DNA from: Octopus vulgaris
Lineage: Eukaryota
Direction of reading: 5' to 3'
NCBI GenBank assembly: GCA_951406725.2
Contig: OX597827.1
Span: 69,068,001-69,132,000 of the forward strand
Length of the DNA: 64,000 nucleotides
Shown here: in pieces, positions 53,498 through 64,000 of the stretch
Position numbering within the stretch: the first letter of the stretch is position 1
Layout: each line of letters starts with the position of its first letter
Notes under the pieces: model-generated
Seen by the model: only the letters and a program-made list of their open reading frames with translations
Database searches by the model: none
Told to the model about the DNA's origin: nothing
Position numbers and translations under genes: made by a program

Positions 53498-53660
53498 TTC
53501 AACCAAGCCAAGAGGGTTTTTGCTCAGTATGCTCGAGGTGCTGCATATAAGAAATACCTGTGTCAGTTGGAAGAGGCTTGCGAGAAGTGGTGGAAGAGTG
53601 GGAGGCAGTTGTGTGAAGAGATCAACTATGAGTCTAACCGGACAGCACTGTGTGAACCCG
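53498..53660 (+). CDS. SMG8: SMG8 exon 13 (FNQAKRVFAQYARGAAYKKYLCQLEEACEKWWKSGRQLCEEI [+7 nt] SLTGQHCVNP); frameshifted as assembled
   Basis: tttcag / GTGAGG. Human ALRVYSQHARGPAFHKY..CYKFWSNGHQLCEERSLTDQHCVHK. The exon is 163 nt between two phase-0 introns; removing aactatg (53624-53630) restores frame and homology. Confidence 0.9.
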
Positions 53661-54185
53661 GTGAGGAGTTTTTTCTAATTTCATATATTTAAGGTTTCTA
53701 TACACCGCATATACTCGACTATAAGACGCACCCCTGACTTGCAAGGTTCAAATTGGGAATTTTATCATTGACCTGATTATATCACAGTGACCTTTTTGAT
53801 GCTGGAGGTCAAAGTTCGATTAGGGATCATGCCAACATAGTTGTTGTTCAGTAACCATGAGGGAGTTCTTGATGTTTCATATACATCTATTCATTGGAAA
53901 GGAAAAAAGCAATATGGCCAAAGAAAGAAAAAGAAAAAAATTCAACGGCACACATGCAGTAACATTACACTTCGTATCGAAGGCTCCAATGAAGTTATAT
54001 AGAGTGTCATTGAAGCACTCAACTATGAGTCCATCTTATAGCAGAAACAACTGTAAGCTAATGAATTTCATAATATAATAATCATTTATTCCTTTGTCAT
54101 CTTTCTTTCTTACACACACACACACACACACACAGTAATTCAAAATGAACAGTACAGAGAACATGCTTGTGAGTACTTGAGCTAA

Positions 54186-54224
<39 letters not shown>

Positions 54225-54236
54225 TCTAAGAGTGAA

Positions 54237-54545
54237 GGCGCATGGCTCAGTGGTTAGAGCGTCGAGCTTACGATCGTGAGGTTGTGAGTTCGAATCCCGG
54301 ACCGGGCTGCGTGTTGTGTTCTTGAGCAAGACACTTTATTTCACGTTGCTCCAGTTCACTCAGCTGTAGAAATGAGTTGCGACATCACTGATGCCAAGCT
54401 GTATCGGCCCCTTTGCCTTTCCCTTGGATAACACTGATGGCGTGGAGAGGGGAGGCCGATATGCATGGGCGACTGCTGGTCTTCCATAAACAACCTTGCC
54501 CGGACTTGTCCAGGAAACTTTCTAGGTGCAATCCCATGGTCTGTG
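54237..54545 (+). mobile_element. tRNA-derived SINE family D (CORE-like)
   Basis: tggctcagtgg A box, gagttcgaatccc B box, gttcttgagcaagacactt domain. Partial relatives at 2020-2090 and 28200-28435(-). Confidence 0.8.
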
Positions 54546-54797
54546 TCGTGACCAAAGGGCGTCTCAGATATTCCAAGAAAGTTAGAGGTTGTGAATCCAA
54601 CCATGTTGATTTATGGAAGATCTTGATCGTACATCTTGTCTCTGTTGTTATTATTTGAGATCATGGTTATATTTCCATTTAACTCCTATATTTGTGAATG
54701 TTATTTGGTGGTGTTTGCATAACACGGCTGGTAAGTCTCTCTTTCTCTCTCCTCCCACTTGCAACCGTTTATATGACCTTCGACCTTGTTTTGTCAG

Positions 54798-54938
54798 TTA
54801 CATCGTCTTCCCGATGCCATTGAAACTGAGGAGAACAAGCACCTCCCTGTGATGTATCACTCTAGCCAGCTGAAGACAAAAGCTGCCTGCAACTGTGGAC
54901 GGAAACAGGCTGACAAAGAAGACCCCTTCAACCATGAG
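54798..54938 (+). CDS. SMG8: SMG8 exon 14 (LHRLPDAIETEENKHLPVMYHSSQLKTKAACNCGRKQADKEDPFNHE)
   Basis: ttgtcag / GTAACT. Human PVLYHNSRARSTGACNCGRKQAPRDDPF. Confidence 0.97.
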
Positions 54939-56265
54939 GTAACTTTTACTGATCTTATGTTTCATTCCTTATCTTTCTGTCACTCTCTGTCACACTATAA
55001 CATTCCATCACCCTCACCAGTGCCTCATCCCTGCTCAAAGATTCTTTGTCTTGTAAGTTACTTGGTCACCTTGCAAGTGCTGATTCCACATAAAACGCAT
55101 CCAGTCCACACTGTGAAGTTGTTGGCATTTGAACGGGCATCTAGCTGTAAAAACCATGCCAAAATGACCTCACCTGTGCTGGTGCCATGAAAAATGTATT
55201 CGGTCCACTCTGGGGAGTGCTTGGTGTTAGGAAAGGCATCCAGCCATTAAAAACTATGCCAAAACAGATGCAGGCTCCAATCTGATCTAGCAAGGTTTCT
55301 GCAGCTGGATGCCCTTCCTAATGCAGGCCACTCCAGAGTGTAGTGGGTGCTTTTTACATGCCACTGGCATGTGGGCCAGTCAGGCGGCACTGGCATCAAT
55401 CACGCTCAAATGATGCTTTATACATGCCACTGGCACGGGGGCCAGTCAGGCGGCACAGGCATCAACCATGCTCAAATGGTGTTTTTTACATGCCACTGGC
55501 ACGGGAGCCAGTCAGGCGGCACTGGCATCAACCATGCTCAAATGGTGTTTTTTACATTCCACTGGTATGGGAGCCAGTCAGGTGGCATTGGTATCAACCA
55601 CACACAAATGGTGCTTTTTATGTGCCACTGACACAGGAACCAGTCTGGCAGTTAAAAAAATGTTTATTATTTGGAGGCACAAGTGTCGCTGTGTGGAAAG
55701 GAGCTTGCTTCCCAACCATGATTGTATGCTCAACACTCTAACCACTAAGCCATGCACCTTCACACACACACGCATAGTCTTAAACTTTGATTACCTGCTC
55801 GTAGGTAACAATACCTTCACCATCATCATCGTTTAATGTCCGTTTTCCATGCTAGCATGGGTTTGACGGTTCAACCGAGGTCTAGGAAGCCAGGAGGCTG
55901 CACCAATCTGATCTGGCAGTGTTTCTACAGCTGGATGCCCTTCCTAACGCCTACCACTCCGTGAGTGTAGTGGGTGCTTTTTACGTGCCACCGGCACAGG
56001 GGCCAGAGGAGGCTGGCAAATGGCCATGATCGGTTGGTGCGTTTACGTGTCACCGACACGGACGCTAGTCAGGCGGCGCTGGCATCTGCCACATTCGGAC
56101 GGTGCTTTTAACGTGTTACCAGCACAGGTATCTTAACTACAATTTCCATTTGATTTTCATTTTGATGTTGGTGTTAACGTACTTGACTCAATAGGTCTCC
56201 TCAAGAACAGCAGGTTGAATACAAATGTATTGATTTGGAATATTTTCTTTTAATTTCATTGTCAG

Positions 56266-56467
56266 GCAGCAAATTTTGAATTCTATGACAGCATGGAGAA
56301 AAGCTGCTGTTGCAGTTTGCAACATGTTGATCTACCGGTGTTTAAACCAGGGACCGACAGCTTTCAACCATCTCCTCTTGTCAAACCCAGCAACGTCAAT
56401 CTTCGAGAAGGTTCTAAAAGCGACATCACACACGGAATTGGAAACCTCAGCTTAGCACTAAGTCTTG
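56266..56467 (+). CDS. SMG8: SMG8 exon 15 (AANFEFYDSMEKSCCCSLQHVDLPVFKPGT...NLSLALSL-G)
   Basis: ttgtcag / GTAAGG. Human AANYDFYQLLEEKCCGKLDHINFPVFEPS..SLSLALSLG. Confidence 0.96.
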
Positions 56468-57066
56468 GTAAGGTTCTAGCCTCATCACATCTGAAACAGG
56501 TCACTGTATTTGTCACACTTTTGTATCATGTTTTTGCTCCCTGGCCCTTTAGCATTCGGATTACTCTGTTAAATGTAATACTTATTCCCATTGTTTCCAG
56601 TTAATCGTGCATTATTTTGTATCTTCAAAATTTCAATAGGTGCAGGAGTGGCTGTGTGGTAAGCAGCTTGCTTACCAACCACATGGTTCCAGGTTCAGTC
56701 CCACTGTATGGCACCTTCGGCAAGTGTCTTCTACTATAGCCTCGGGCCGACCAAAGCCTTGTGAGTGAATTTGGTAGACGGAAACTGAAAGAAGCTCGTT
56801 GTATATACGTATATATATATATATATATACGTACATGTGTGTGTGTGTGTCTGTATTTGTGCCCTGCAACATCACTTGACAACCGATGCTGGTGTGTTTA
56901 CGTCCCTGTAACTTAGCAGTTCGGCAAAAGAGAACGAAAGAAAAAGTTCTAGGCTTACAAAGAATAAGTCCTGGGGTCGATTTGCTCGACTAAAGGCGGT
57001 GCTCCAGCATGGCCGCAGTCAAATGACTGAAACAAGTAACGAGTAAAGTTAGAGAAAGATAGTGTG

Positions 57067-57107
<41 letters not shown>

Positions 57108-57158
57108 CATATGTATGCACATGTATATGTAATAAGATGTTTATTTTGTCTGCTGCAG

Positions 57159-57263
57159 GTCAGTCAGGAAGCAGTGATCTTTTTGCATCCACTAATATGA
57201 ATACAGAGAGTCTTGCTGAAGCCAGCAACAGCCACCCACAAGAGATCCGTTTAACACAGCCAG
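57159..57263 (+). CDS. SMG8: SMG8 exon 16 (QSGSSDLFASTNMNTESLAEASNSHPQEIRLTQP)
   Basis: ctgcag / GTAAAT, phase 1-1. Continues the LSLG-QS motif. Confidence 0.9.
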
Positions 57264-57605
57264 GTAAATAAAAATGAGAAGAAAAAAAAGCAACTCTTTT
57301 CCTTGCCATTTTTAAACAACCCCTATTGCATGAGAAAACCACAACATTTTACAATACATAGTGAGTGGGTTTCCTGTTCTTTGTAATGTATCCTGGTTTG
57401 TTATCTGGAGATTGAGATCCTAGGTAGGATGAAGTATGAACCAGAAAGTCCACAGTGGATCTAATGTATTGTTTGTGTTTTCATTCTTTTATTGGTTTCA
57501 GTCATCGGACTGTGGCTGATGTGTCTCTATAATCTTTTGGTTTTATAAAAGTGTGGTCAATGCTTCATTTTTAGATATTTTGTGTGTGAAACCTTTATTT
57601 CTAAA

Positions 57606-58005
57606 TCTATATATATACAAAGCTGAAGTTGTCTGTGTATGACAGGTTTTGGTAGCCTTCAACTAACACTATCTCCTCTGAGACCCTGCGACGCAAGTTG
57701 ACCAAAATTGAGAGTATGATAGAAGAAGGCTTGCTCTTTCTTTCGTAGAAGAAAAAATTCAAATCGGACCATGTTAAAACCAAAAATTATTTACATCAAA
57801 ACGGTGCTTTTTTTCTATGAAAAACCCTATTTCTTACGATTTTTTTTACTGCTGTGTCGCCATTTTTCGGTGTATATCAACCAGAAAAATGCTTACTTAA
57901 AGAGAATAACAAGCTACATAATGCAAAATTTTTACTTTTCAAAAATTCCAATTCTAAAGGGTCGAAAAGTAAACAAGCCCAAGCAACGCTGGGCTATACC
58001 ACTAA
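57606..58005 (+). mobile_element. Non-autonomous Helitron-like element
   Basis: A|TC-tatatata 5' end, subterminal hairpin agccc..gggct (57976-57995), CTAA|T 3' end, no TSD. Similar 5' ends at about 4564 and 25718. Confidence 0.7.
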
Positions 58006-59129
58006 TGTATTCTATACAGACTTATGATGTATGGGAGATCTTGATTGTACATCTTGTCTCTGTTGTTATTATTTGAGACCATGGTTATATTTCCAGTTAA
58101 GTCCTAAGTTTTTCCGGATTCTTTGTGAATGTTATTTGATGGTGTTTGCTGAAAGCTTTTGTAGAATTTGCACAACACTTTATAAGGTTGTTAGAACCTT
58201 TTCCTTGCAGGTTTGTAGCCAATATCCATTACTGACTTGTTCACTTATGAGAGAAATGTTTTCGTTCAAAAATTTATCATTTGACTGGCTCTTGTGCTGG
58301 TAGCACGTAAAAAGCACCATCCGAACGTGGTCAGTGCCAGCCCCCTCTGGCTCCTGTGCCGGTGGCTTGTAAAAAGCACCTACTATGCTCTCGGAGTAGT
58401 TGACATTAGGAAGGGCATCTAGCTGTAGAAATACTGCCAGAATCAGATAGGAGCCTAGTGCAGCCTCCTGGCTTCCTAGTCCCCAGTTGAACCGTCCAAC
58501 CTATGCCAGCATGGAAAACAAACATTAAACAATGATGATGATGACTGACATTGCTATAGGCCTTCCGCCTTCTGACCAAGGCTACACACCTACAACCCTA
58601 GACAGGGTAGCTACTATATAAGTAGTTTTCTGAAACCTTTTAATCTTCTAGTGTAGCTGGCAATCAGGGAACTAGACAGGATGTTAGACTTACAGATGCC
58701 TGCTCAGTATTCTGCCTGTTCCAGCACTCAATTCTCAGAAGAGGAGAGTTTGACAATAAATTAAAACTCGTTATCTTCAATTTGGTTTTTTTTATGCCTG
58801 TCCTCACCTGGGATCATAAATGTTGGGTAATGACCAAAAGAGTATAATCCCAAATATATGCAGCTGAAATTTAAGTTTTCCTGAAGGATCTTTGGATTAA
58901 CTTTACTTAACAGGATGCATGGCTTGGAGATCAGGGATGAGATGCTACTTCTCCACATTGAGAGGTCAGAGCTCTGCTATTAGAGTCTTGTAATTAGAAT
59001 GTCACAAGAAAGACTCACAAAATACATTCTTCAGCCAAACCAACCTGCAGGAGACCTAGGGGTAGACCAAGAATTAGAGAAGTTTGGATAATATCCATAA
59101 TCTCAGTTGGTCACATTTGAGAATCCAAT

Positions 59130-59462
59130 CTGAAGTTGCTTTTGATAGGGCCCTGTGGAGGAGGTGCTTGAGATCTATACCCCCCACATGATCCTTCCAT
59201 GAATAGTCGGTGAAGATGAGGATGGTTGCTTTTTATAGGGCCCTCTGGAGGAGGTGCTTGAGATCTATACCCCTGCATGACCCTTTCAGGAATAGTGGGT
59301 GAAGATGATGACAGTTGCTTTTGATAGGGCCCTGTGAAGAAGGTGCTTTAGATCTCTACCCACTTTACCCTATATCCCTGCATGACCTTTTCAGGAATAG
59401 TGGGTGAAGATGACTATGGTTGCTTTTGATAGGGCCCTGCAGAGGAGGTGCCTAAGATCTAC
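59130..59462 (+). repeat. Tandem repeat, ~90-110-bp unit x4
   Basis: gttgcttttgatagggccctgtggaggaggtgcttgagatct recurs four times. Confidence 0.85.
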
Positions 59463-59550
59463 AAGATTAATGAGCAAAGAAGATAGATGGATATTTAGAT
59501 GACTTTTTAACTTTCATGTATTGTTTTACTACTTTGTCTTTCCTCTGTAG

Positions 59551-59700
59551 AAGTCGAGCGAGTATTTGACCGTCAACATTCAACAACAGAATATCTACCT
59601 GATATGATTAACTCAGATTCTCCATCTGGACTGTTGCCTAAGTTTTCATCATGGTCACTGTGTGCACTGGGCAAGACCAGCTCCTATGTCCACTCTCAAG
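59551..59700 (+). CDS. SMG8: SMG8 exon 17 (VERVFDRQHSTTEYLPDMINSDSPSGLLPKFSSWSLCALGKTSSYVHSQ)
   Basis: ctgtag / GTGAGG. Human DRQASTVEYLPGMLHSNCPKGLLPKFSSWSLVKLG. Confidence 0.97.
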
Positions 59701-59944
59701 GTGAGGAAACCAATTACTAATTTTTTTCTTTTTGGTTATACTATCACTTTTTATTTACATTTATTTCTTGCTGTGTGTGTGTGTGCACAAATACATGTGT
59801 GTATGTAAGTACAATTGTTCTACATATGTGTGTGTGTTATACTGAAAGATCTTTGGCTATGCACTTAAGAAGTTTGCACATGGCTTTGGGTTCAGTCCCA
59901 CTGCACAGCCAGCATCCTGGGCAAGTGTCTCTTACTATAGCCCT

Positions 59945-59983
<39 letters not shown>

Positions 59984-61387
59984 AATAAAATTTCACCTCC
60001 CAAACTTGGTTCATTTCCACTGTATGGTACCTTGTACTATAGTCTTCTGCTATAGCCCTGGGTTAACCAAAACCTTGCGTGTGGATTTGGCAGAAGGAAA
60101 CTGAAAGAAGCCTATCGTGTATATGTGTGTGTGTGTGTCCATATTTGTGTTTTAGTTGACACCACTTAAAAACTAGTTATGTTTGGTAACTTAGTGGTTT
60201 TACAGAGATGGATAAAACAAGTCCTAAATTGGATTAAATACCGGGGTTGATCTGATTGACAAAATACCCAGCACTAATGACTTAAACCAATATAAGAACA
60301 AACACCCTCACAGGCATTTGGGTTTCATGAATTTATAGCTGAGGCATTGTTTTACAGCTGGGTGCCCTTTCTGTTGCAAACAACAGCTTTGCAAGTAAGG
60401 GATATCTTATTCCACATGTCGTTGGAGATGCAAAGCCAATGGATGACCCATCGACAGGAGTACTGACAGCAACATCACCACCCATACCTGAGCAGTTTTC
60501 AGAGAAGCATAAATGTAAACCTACACACATGGCTTCAGTTTCCATTTACCAAATCCAGAAGGTTTTGGAAACAAAATATTTTTTCTTTTATGATAATTTA
60601 CTTCTTGTCATTAATTTTCTTCCACACTTTTTGCAATGTTGAAGTGTATCAAACCTTCAATTAACTACCAACTATAATCATCATCATCGTTTAACGTCTG
60701 TTTTCCATGCTAGCATGGGTTGGACGGTTCGACCAGAGTCTGGGAAGCCAGGAGGCTGCGCCAGGCTCCAGTCTGATCTGGCAGTGTTTCTACAGCTGGA
60801 TGCCCTTCCTAACGCCAACCACTCTGTGAGTGTAGTGGGTGCTTTTTACGTGCCGCAGGCACAGGAGCCAGAGGCGGCTGGCAAACGGCCATGATCAGCT
60901 GGTGCTTTTACATGTCACCGACACAGACGCCAGTCAGGCGGCGCTGGCATCTGCCACGTTCGGATGGTGCTTTTAACGTGTCACTTAACTACAATTTCCA
61001 TCTGATTTTCATTTTGATGTTGGTGTTAACGTACTTGACTCAATAGGTCTCCTCAAGAACAGCGGGTCACTACGATCCAAGGTTATAATATCATCATCAT
61101 CGGTTAACGTCTGCTTTCCATGCTAGCATGAGTTGGACGATTTTGACTGAGGGCTGGCAAACCAGATGGTTGCACCAGGTTCCAATCCTGATTTGGCAGA
61201 GTTTCTACAGCTGGATGCCCTTCCTAACGCCAACCACTCCGAGTGGGTGCTTTTTACGGGCAACCACCTCGCTCAAATCCTTTTATATGTATCTATTTCT
61301 GTATCCGTTTCAATATATGATCCCTGATTAAATTTATTGCAATAAAATGTCCCTCTGTACCTATATCTATCTTTGAATCTGTCTTAG

Positions 61388-61522
61388 GTTTGGACCTTCC
61401 TGGTTTTTTCCACGGCAGTAATTTCCTATTGCCCTGGGATATCTCGCTGCGTATGGAGAAAGACAAATGGCCTGGTCTGGGAGAAGCAAACAAAAAGACC
61501 AAACAAAAAAGGATTCAAAAAG
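61388..61522 (+). CDS. SMG8: SMG8 exon 18 (LDLPGFFHGSNFLLPWDISLRMEKDKWPGLGEANKKTKQKRIQK)
   Basis: tcttag / GTAACT. Human GLDQQGFIPGTNYLMPWDI. Confidence 0.95.
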
Positions 61523-61720
61523 GTAACTCTTTTACTCTTGTACTTGTTTCAATCATTTGACTGTGGCCATGCTGCAGCATCGCCTTTAGTCGAGCAAATC
61601 GACCCCAGGACTCATTCCTTGTAAGCCTGGTACTAATTGTACCGGGCTCTTTTGCCGAACCGCCAAGTTACGGGGACGTAACCACACCACCATCGGTTGT
61701 CAAGCAATGTTGGGCGGAGA

Positions 61721-61763
<43 letters not shown>

Positions 61764-62722
61764 CCATATATACGACGGGCTTCTTTCAGTTTCCATCTAT
61801 CAAATCCACTCACAAGGCTTTGGTCGGCCCAAAGCTATAGTAGAAGACACTTACCCAAGGTGCCATGCAGTGGGACTGAACCTGGAATCATGTGGTTCGT
61901 AAGCAAGCTACTTACCACACAGCCACTCTTTCACCTATAAGTGACATTTCAGAATTATTTTGAGAACCTGAGTTAATTATGAAACAGTTGTAACCAGTAT
62001 GGAAATAGTTGAACAATTTGTTTCTCACATCTGGTTTTTTGAGAGAGAAAGACACACACACATGCATGTGGGTATGTAATACTATTTCTTTACCTTGGCA
62101 CCTTGTGATAATTGTAAATGAGTGTCACCTTTTATACAAGAGGTGTCCTTTGTTTACAGTCTTCCATAAAAGCATGTTTGGTTACAGGGAAACATTACCT
62201 TACTTGATCTGGCAGAGTTTCTACAGCTGAATGCCCTTCCTAACGCCAACCACTCCGAGAGTGTTGTGGGTGCTTTTTACGTGCCACCGGCACTGGGGCC
62301 AGAGGGGACTGGCAAACGGCTATGATCATTGCCAGTCAGGCAGTACTGGCAACGACCTCGCTCGAATCTTTTTACACATGCCACCAGCGCAGGTGCCAGT
62401 AAGGTGACGTTGGTAACGATCACACTCAAATGGTGCCCTTTTACGTGCCACCGGCACGGAAGCCAGTTGGCTGCTCTGGTAACAATCATGCTTGGCTGGT
62501 GCTCTTGGCACCCTACTAGCACGGGCACAAGTGCCAGTAAGGTGACGCTGGTAACGATCACACTCGAATGGTGCCTTTTATGTGCCACTGGCACAGAAGC
62601 CGGTTAGCTGCTCTGTCAATGATCACATTCGTATGGTGCTCTTTGTACCCCGCTAGCTTGGATGCCAGTCATCGAATTTTTTTGTATATGTATGTATAAA
62701 AGTTTTTTGCTGTTGCTTTCAG

Positions 62723-62844
62723 AGTCTGGTGAAGTGAATGTTCGTGTGTACATTGGTGTTGAATATGAATGCCCACGAGGCCACAGATTCTTCAGCAGCG
62801 GCCCAGACAAACTAGTTAAAATGTCCAGTTCCAGTAACGTGAAG
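62723..62844 (+). CDS. SMG8: SMG8 exon 19 (SGEVNVRVYIGVEYECPRGHRFFSSGPDKLVKMSSSSNVK)
   Basis: ctttcag / GTAAAT. Human RAFVGFEYEDSRGRRFMCSGPDKVMK. Confidence 0.96.
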
Positions 62845-63149
62845 GTAAATATACTTCTGTGATAGATCTCCATATTTTAAGCCCCGGGTTAACTTTGATC
62901 AAGTACAGCTTTGATTAAAAAATAAATAAAAAGCACTGTGAAAAAAAATATGAAATGTTGGTAGGACATTGATATTTTCATGCATGTCAGCTGCTTCCTC
63001 ATATATTTTGATGATAAATAAAAATTTCTTTTGAGACCTACATCATCCCTGCTATTTCTAGTGTGAACCATCCATCAAATTGCCTTCCAAGTGATCCCAC
63101 CCCACTTCCTGTGGATTTCAAAACTTTTGGGTTGCAACCATAATGATGA

Positions 63150-64000
63150 GCACAATGAAAAGTATGTCTGGTGAGATTGTGGAAACGAGAGAATGTGTGT
63201 TGTGTGCAAGAGATAAGAGGGAAAGGATGCTCAACCAAACTCCTCATGGGTAAAAGACAGATATACAAATTGTTTTGGGGGAGTAATAGTTACACTAGAG
63301 GTAGAATAGGCATACTGTTAGCTGAGTGATAAAGTAATTGAGGTAGCCAAGGTATGTGATAGGATAATCAAGATGTTATAGGCAACTCAACTGCAACAGT
63401 TATCTCAGTATATGCCCAGAAGCACAGAAAGATTGCTTTATGTGAGACCATGAAGATAAAATGATCAAGGACAGGAGAGAGGAGAAGGCCCATTAGGGGT
63501 AGTTAGAGAGATGTTCAAAATAACTTGTGGGGTAGGGTACAGGATTACCACCTAGAGAATCAAGTTATGTAAAGAATCATACCCAATGATTGACATGGTA
63601 GTATCATCATAAACTGCTAGAAAGGCAAAGGAGATGATTAAGAGAGAAGCAGTTATATAAAGTTCAGACTATGAGGTCACAGAGTGAATCCTACTGCAAC
63701 TGATTTGTAACAGGGTAGATCTAGATGAAATGCTGTTTGTTCTATGCCTGGGAGAGGTACCACAGATGCAATCTTCCTAGTAAGGCAACTACAGGAGAAA
63801 TGCTTGGCTAAGAGCAAACCATTAGTGCTTGCTCTGTTGACTTGGAGAAGGCATTTGACAGGGTACCACATGCAGTAAGCTGGTGGTCACTAAGGAACCT
63901 AGGCATTGAGGAATAGCTTGTGAGGGCTGTACAAGTTATGTATAAAGCCACAGTAAGTAAAGTGTGAGTTAACGTCAGTGAGAATTTAGTACAAGGGTTG
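63150..64000 (+). mobile_element. Decayed RTE-clade LINE (AP-endonuclease and RT remnants)
   Basis: Fragments VCCVQE..KG, VISVYA, then GTTDAIFLVRQLQEKCLAKSKPL..DLEKAFDRVP, with stops and frameshifts. Confidence 0.85.

Larger units (their letters stand above)
23229..62844 (+). other. SMG8: SMG8 gene span (19 coding exons in window, 3' end beyond window)
   Basis: Manually spliced translation matches SMG8 motifs known from the human protein in the right order: VCVVSIIGKS, LVHPGSSFD, ARPCSPRVLFVFQ, LQHAMEDQIYRLLRKSRVITN, LFAVPANQEFV, KGFDDNVGK, LDVDIRFSENRC, ACNCGRKQADKEDPF, LSLALSLGQS, TEYLPDM..GLLPKFSSWSL, NFLLPWDI, VEYECPRGHRFFSSGPDK. All introns are GT-AG and phases agree except at exon 13. 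Confidence 0.97.

Noticed and set aside
54237-54310. tRNA-like sequence with A and B boxes
   Set aside because: Head of a SINE: it continues into the SINE body, with no proper acceptor stem or terminator.
54660-54730. 71-nt candidate exon (GAG acceptor, GTAAGT donor) whose length would restore frame after the exon 13 frameshift
   Set aside because: In the required frame it reads GAT CAT GGT TAT ATT TCC ATT TAA, an in-frame stop, and the acceptor is poor.

Overview
Eukaryotic, AT-rich, repeat-dense genomic DNA. The SINE, RTE-LINE and microsatellite landscape looks like an octopus (coleoid cephalopod) genome; this is inference, not a database match. Almost all ORFs in the supplied track are repeat or microsatellite noise. 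Reading splice sites by hand gives two divergently oriented multi-exon genes. (1) On the + strand is SMG8 (NMD factor, SMG1 kinase regulator): 19 coding exons from ATG 23229 to 62844, about 767 codons, continuing past the window, with GT-AG junctions that keep frame everywhere except exon 13. (2) On the - strand is an unidentified gene with ATG at 15350, at least 4 phase-compatible exons, a destruction-box-like motif (RIQLGDITN) and basic NLS-like stretches; it probably continues off the left edge. Main oddities: SMG8 exon 13 carries a 7-nt frameshifting insert matching a 13-mer about 400 bp downstream, and it is preceded by a partial tandem duplicate of itself that offers an in-frame alternative acceptor. 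Several microsatellite-targeted Penelope-like remnants carry minimal hammerhead-ribozyme motifs, one apparently intact with a G3-C8 core covariation. A 26-bp intronic hairpin sits next to a cryptic strong splice donor. Inverted SINE pairs bracket SMG8 exons. There are also piggyBac, Tc1, Helitron, Merlin/hAT-type MITE and RTE remnants.
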